A stretch of 64,000 bases of DNA, taken from NCBI GenBank assembly GCA_965263355.1, contig CBDHHL010000032.1:224001-288000 (forward strand), in the 5' to 3' direction. Of this stretch, positions 61,710-64,000 are shown one piece after another. Each line of letters begins with the position of its first letter. Within the stretch, counting starts at the first letter, position 1. A program made the position numbers and the translations under genes. The DNA comes from Leptolyngbyaceae cyanobacterium (GTDB lineage: Bacteria > Cyanobacteriota > Cyanobacteriia > Phormidesmidales > Phormidesmidaceae). The notes below the pieces were generated by a model. It was given only the letters and a program-made list of their open reading frames with translations. It had not been told where the DNA came from and made no database searches.

Positions 61710-61878
61710 CATAAAAGTTAGAAATAACAAAAAGTTAGACTCAAGTTTTTACCCGCTATCGTTCATAGCTAGAAGCCTAATCACCAGTGGAGTTCTAGTT
61801 GTCCTAATGCTGGGTAAAGAATCACCCGGAGTGTTTTAGGTAGCCATCAATTGTTGATTAGTTCGGTCACATTTTGCC

Positions 61879-63966
61879 GTGGAGTTTTATCAACTCAAAG
61901 TTTTTTTAGAGGTGGCTCGCCACCTGAGTTTTACTGAAGCAGCAGATGCATTAAATCTGACACAACCTGCTGTGAGTGCCAAGATTAAGGCTTTTGAAGC
62001 CGACTTAGAGGTCGATCTTTTCTATCGACTGGGGCGTAAGATCAAACTGACAGCGGTTGGCAATTATCTGCTAGACGAAGGGCCAAAGCTGTTGGATTTA
62101 GAAAGTCGTTTACTTAATGAGATCAGCGAGATAAAACGAGGTAAATTTAGCCGTTTACGAATCGGATGTACCACCAGTATTGCTAATGGTTGGTTACCTA
62201 AAATTCTATTTAGATATCGCCAGAAATACCCTGATATTGAACTCAACTGCTTACCCTTTGATACGGTTCAATGTCTGCATCAAGGCATAACAATGGGAGA
62301 TATTGACGTTGGGTTTTCTGAAACAAATCTTAGTGATTTCGATGAAATAGAATCGCTACCGATTGATTTTTTTCAATACCTCTTGATGGTGGCAGCGGAT
62401 CATCGGTTGGCCAACTGTAAATGGCTGAGCTTACAAGAACTCACGTCAGAATTTTGGGTCTTTCCCATGGCTGGAACATCGGAACGATTTGCCTTGGAGG
62501 GACGACTGGCAGAGCTAGGCATGCAACTCTCAGACTTTACCCACCGAGAATTTGTACAGACCCCAAGTTTACTCAGTACATTCTTAACCCACGGGCATTA
62601 TTTGGGCTTTGGATCAAGTTTGCAGCTACAAACAGAACGTCAGGCTAAGCTGGTAAAAGCCATTCCCTTACAGGAATTCGCCCTAGATTATCGGCTGTTT
62701 TTGCTATTGCCGAAGCAGCTTTCAAAGGCGCTTCAACGTCAGTCCCACAAGCGGGGGGCTGATAAGCGGGGGGCTGAAACAGTATCGATTGAACCCCTAC
62801 AGCAGTTTATTAGTCTTGTTTCTGAGGAATCTAAGCGCAGTCAACGCCTCAAAAGAATATCCCCCACCCCCACCAAAGCATCCCCATCAATATCCTCAAG
62901 TTCTCCTGGTTTATCGGTTTCCCAGACAGCTGGAACAATCCATTTACAATCCCCAAATCTCTCCGTTCGGCGGTCTAAGTCAGCGCCCTTAGAGACATTG
63001 ACAGTGACCATCGGCACTCAAAATAAGACCATCCAAACAGTGACTGCGGGGACAATCATTCAACGCTTAGGACTGCTGGAGCATTTTCTACCTCGGGATG
63101 GTCAGTACAATAAAACTGACTATCAAATTAACTGGCGTGATTTTACCTCAGGCGCGCCGATTGCCGCAGGGTTACAGGCTCAAGAGCTAGATATTGGCAT
63201 TTTAGGCGACTATCCTCTATTACTCAGTGGTATAACTGCGAATGATGAAACGGCATCTTCAACTAAAACCAGGTTAGTGAGCTTTGTTGCCAGTAACCCC
63301 GATGGTACTGGTAATACAATTATTGTCCCTGGCCGTTCATCTCTCAGTAGCTTGGATGATTTACGCCATCGAGTCATTGCCGTTCCGTTTGCGTCCTCAG
63401 CCCATGGCATGGTGATGCGTACACTTTTTCAGGCAAATCTATTACATGAGGTGACGCTAACGTCTATTGAAAATCTGAATATTGATCGGCTCACTCCACG
63501 AAATGACCCAGCCGATGGCTATGCCTATTTCTCCCCCTTGCATGAGATCGCTAGTCACCATGGTCGATTTCGGCCCTTATTGGACACCCCTGACTTGACT
63601 GGGCTGCCAACGTTCCACGGCATTGTTGTCAGGGAAGACTTTGCTGACCAGCATCCAGAGTTAGTGATTGCCTACCTCAAGGCGTTAATTGCTGCTCAAC
63701 ATTGGTATATGACAACACCCAGGGCCCTATCCCTAGTCAGTAATTGGGCTAAGTTAGATCCTGATATTGTTTCTAAAACGCTAGATTATCGTCAACAATC
63801 CAGTCGCTCTGGTTTGTTTTTCCCAGAAACACAAATTCGCATGGATTGGATTATGGATCATATCCAACAGCTTAAGATTATTCCAGGTAATGAAAAACTT
63901 AATGGCATCGACATGGATACCTGGATACAACCTGAGTTTTTGGAAACAGCTATGAATTCTTTTTAA
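61879..63966 (+). CDS. LysR-type regulator fused to an SsuA/NMT1-like substrate-binding domain
   Basis: N-terminal SFTEAADALNLTQPAVS HTH and LysR substrate domain, Ser/Pro-rich linker, then IGTQ...W.DFTSG.P...LDIG.LGDYP...VPF.SSAHGM. Confidence 0.88.
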   Translation: MEFYQLKVFLEVARHLSFTEAADALNLTQPAVSAKIKAFEADLEVDLFYRLGRKIKLTAVGNYLLDEGPKLLDLESRLLNEISEIKRGKFSRLRIGCTTSIANGWLPKILFRYRQKYPDIELNCLPFDTVQCLHQGITMGDIDVGFSETNLSDFDEIESLPIDFFQYLLMVAADHRLANCKWLSLQELTSEFWVFPMAGTSERFALEGRLAELGMQLSDFTHREFVQTPSLLSTFLTHGHYLGFGSSLQLQTERQAKLVKAIPLQEFALDYRLFLLLPKQLSKALQRQSHKRGADKRGAETVSIEPLQQFISLVSEESKRSQRLKRISPTPTKASPSISSSSPGLSVSQTAGTIHLQSPNLSVRRSKSAPLETLTVTIGTQNKTIQTVTAGTIIQRLGLLEHFLPRDGQYNKTDYQINWRDFTSGAPIAAGLQAQELDIGILGDYPLLLSGITANDETASSTKTRLVSFVASNPDGTGNTIIVPGRSSLSSLDDLRHRVIAVPFASSAHGMVMRTLFQANLLHEVTLTSIENLNIDRLTPRNDPADGYAYFSPLHEIASHHGRFRPLLDTPDLTGLPTFHGIVVREDFADQHPELVIAYLKALIAAQHWYMTTPRALSLVSNWAKLDPDIVSKTLDYRQQSSRSGLFFPETQIRMDWIMDHIQQLKIIPGNEKLNGIDMDTWIQPEFLETAMNSF

Positions 63967-64000
63967 TTGGTTTCCATCCCCTTTAAGGTTTCTTCTCGAA

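Noticed and set aside
914..63410. Numerous short ORFs overlapping larger genes on other frames or strands
   Set aside because: Shadow ORFs with no recognisable motifs.

Overview
Cyanobacterial chromosomal window, identified by frequent HIP1 octamers (GCGATCGC), NtcA boxes and cyanobacterial REP/SDR-like repeats; the style suggests a Leptolyngbya-like lineage (inference). It is dominated by organic-nitrogen scavenging genes: (1) a Nit1C nitrilase cluster (nitH divergent from nitBCDEF) with a textbook NtcA promoter; (2) a formamidase + PotABCD-like ABC + metal-dependent amidohydrolase operon; (3) biuret hydrolase, triuret hydrolase and allophanate hydrolase genes; (4) an unassigned operon of a TauABC-like transporter, an atypical M20 hydrolase and a third, divergent biuret-hydrolase-family enzyme. 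The right end holds an AsfAB-like flavoprotein/ferredoxin/HEAT/Mrp operon, divergent from a LysR regulator fused to a solute-binding domain that is preceded by an NtcA box. Also present are an H-NOX/histidine kinase pair, a MetOD1/PAS/CHASE signalling cluster, toxin-antitoxin genes, a decayed IS4 element, several pseudogenes, three 77-158 bp tandem duplications and a 21-bp hairpin tandem array. All family assignments come from motif recognition and recalled sequences, not from database searches.
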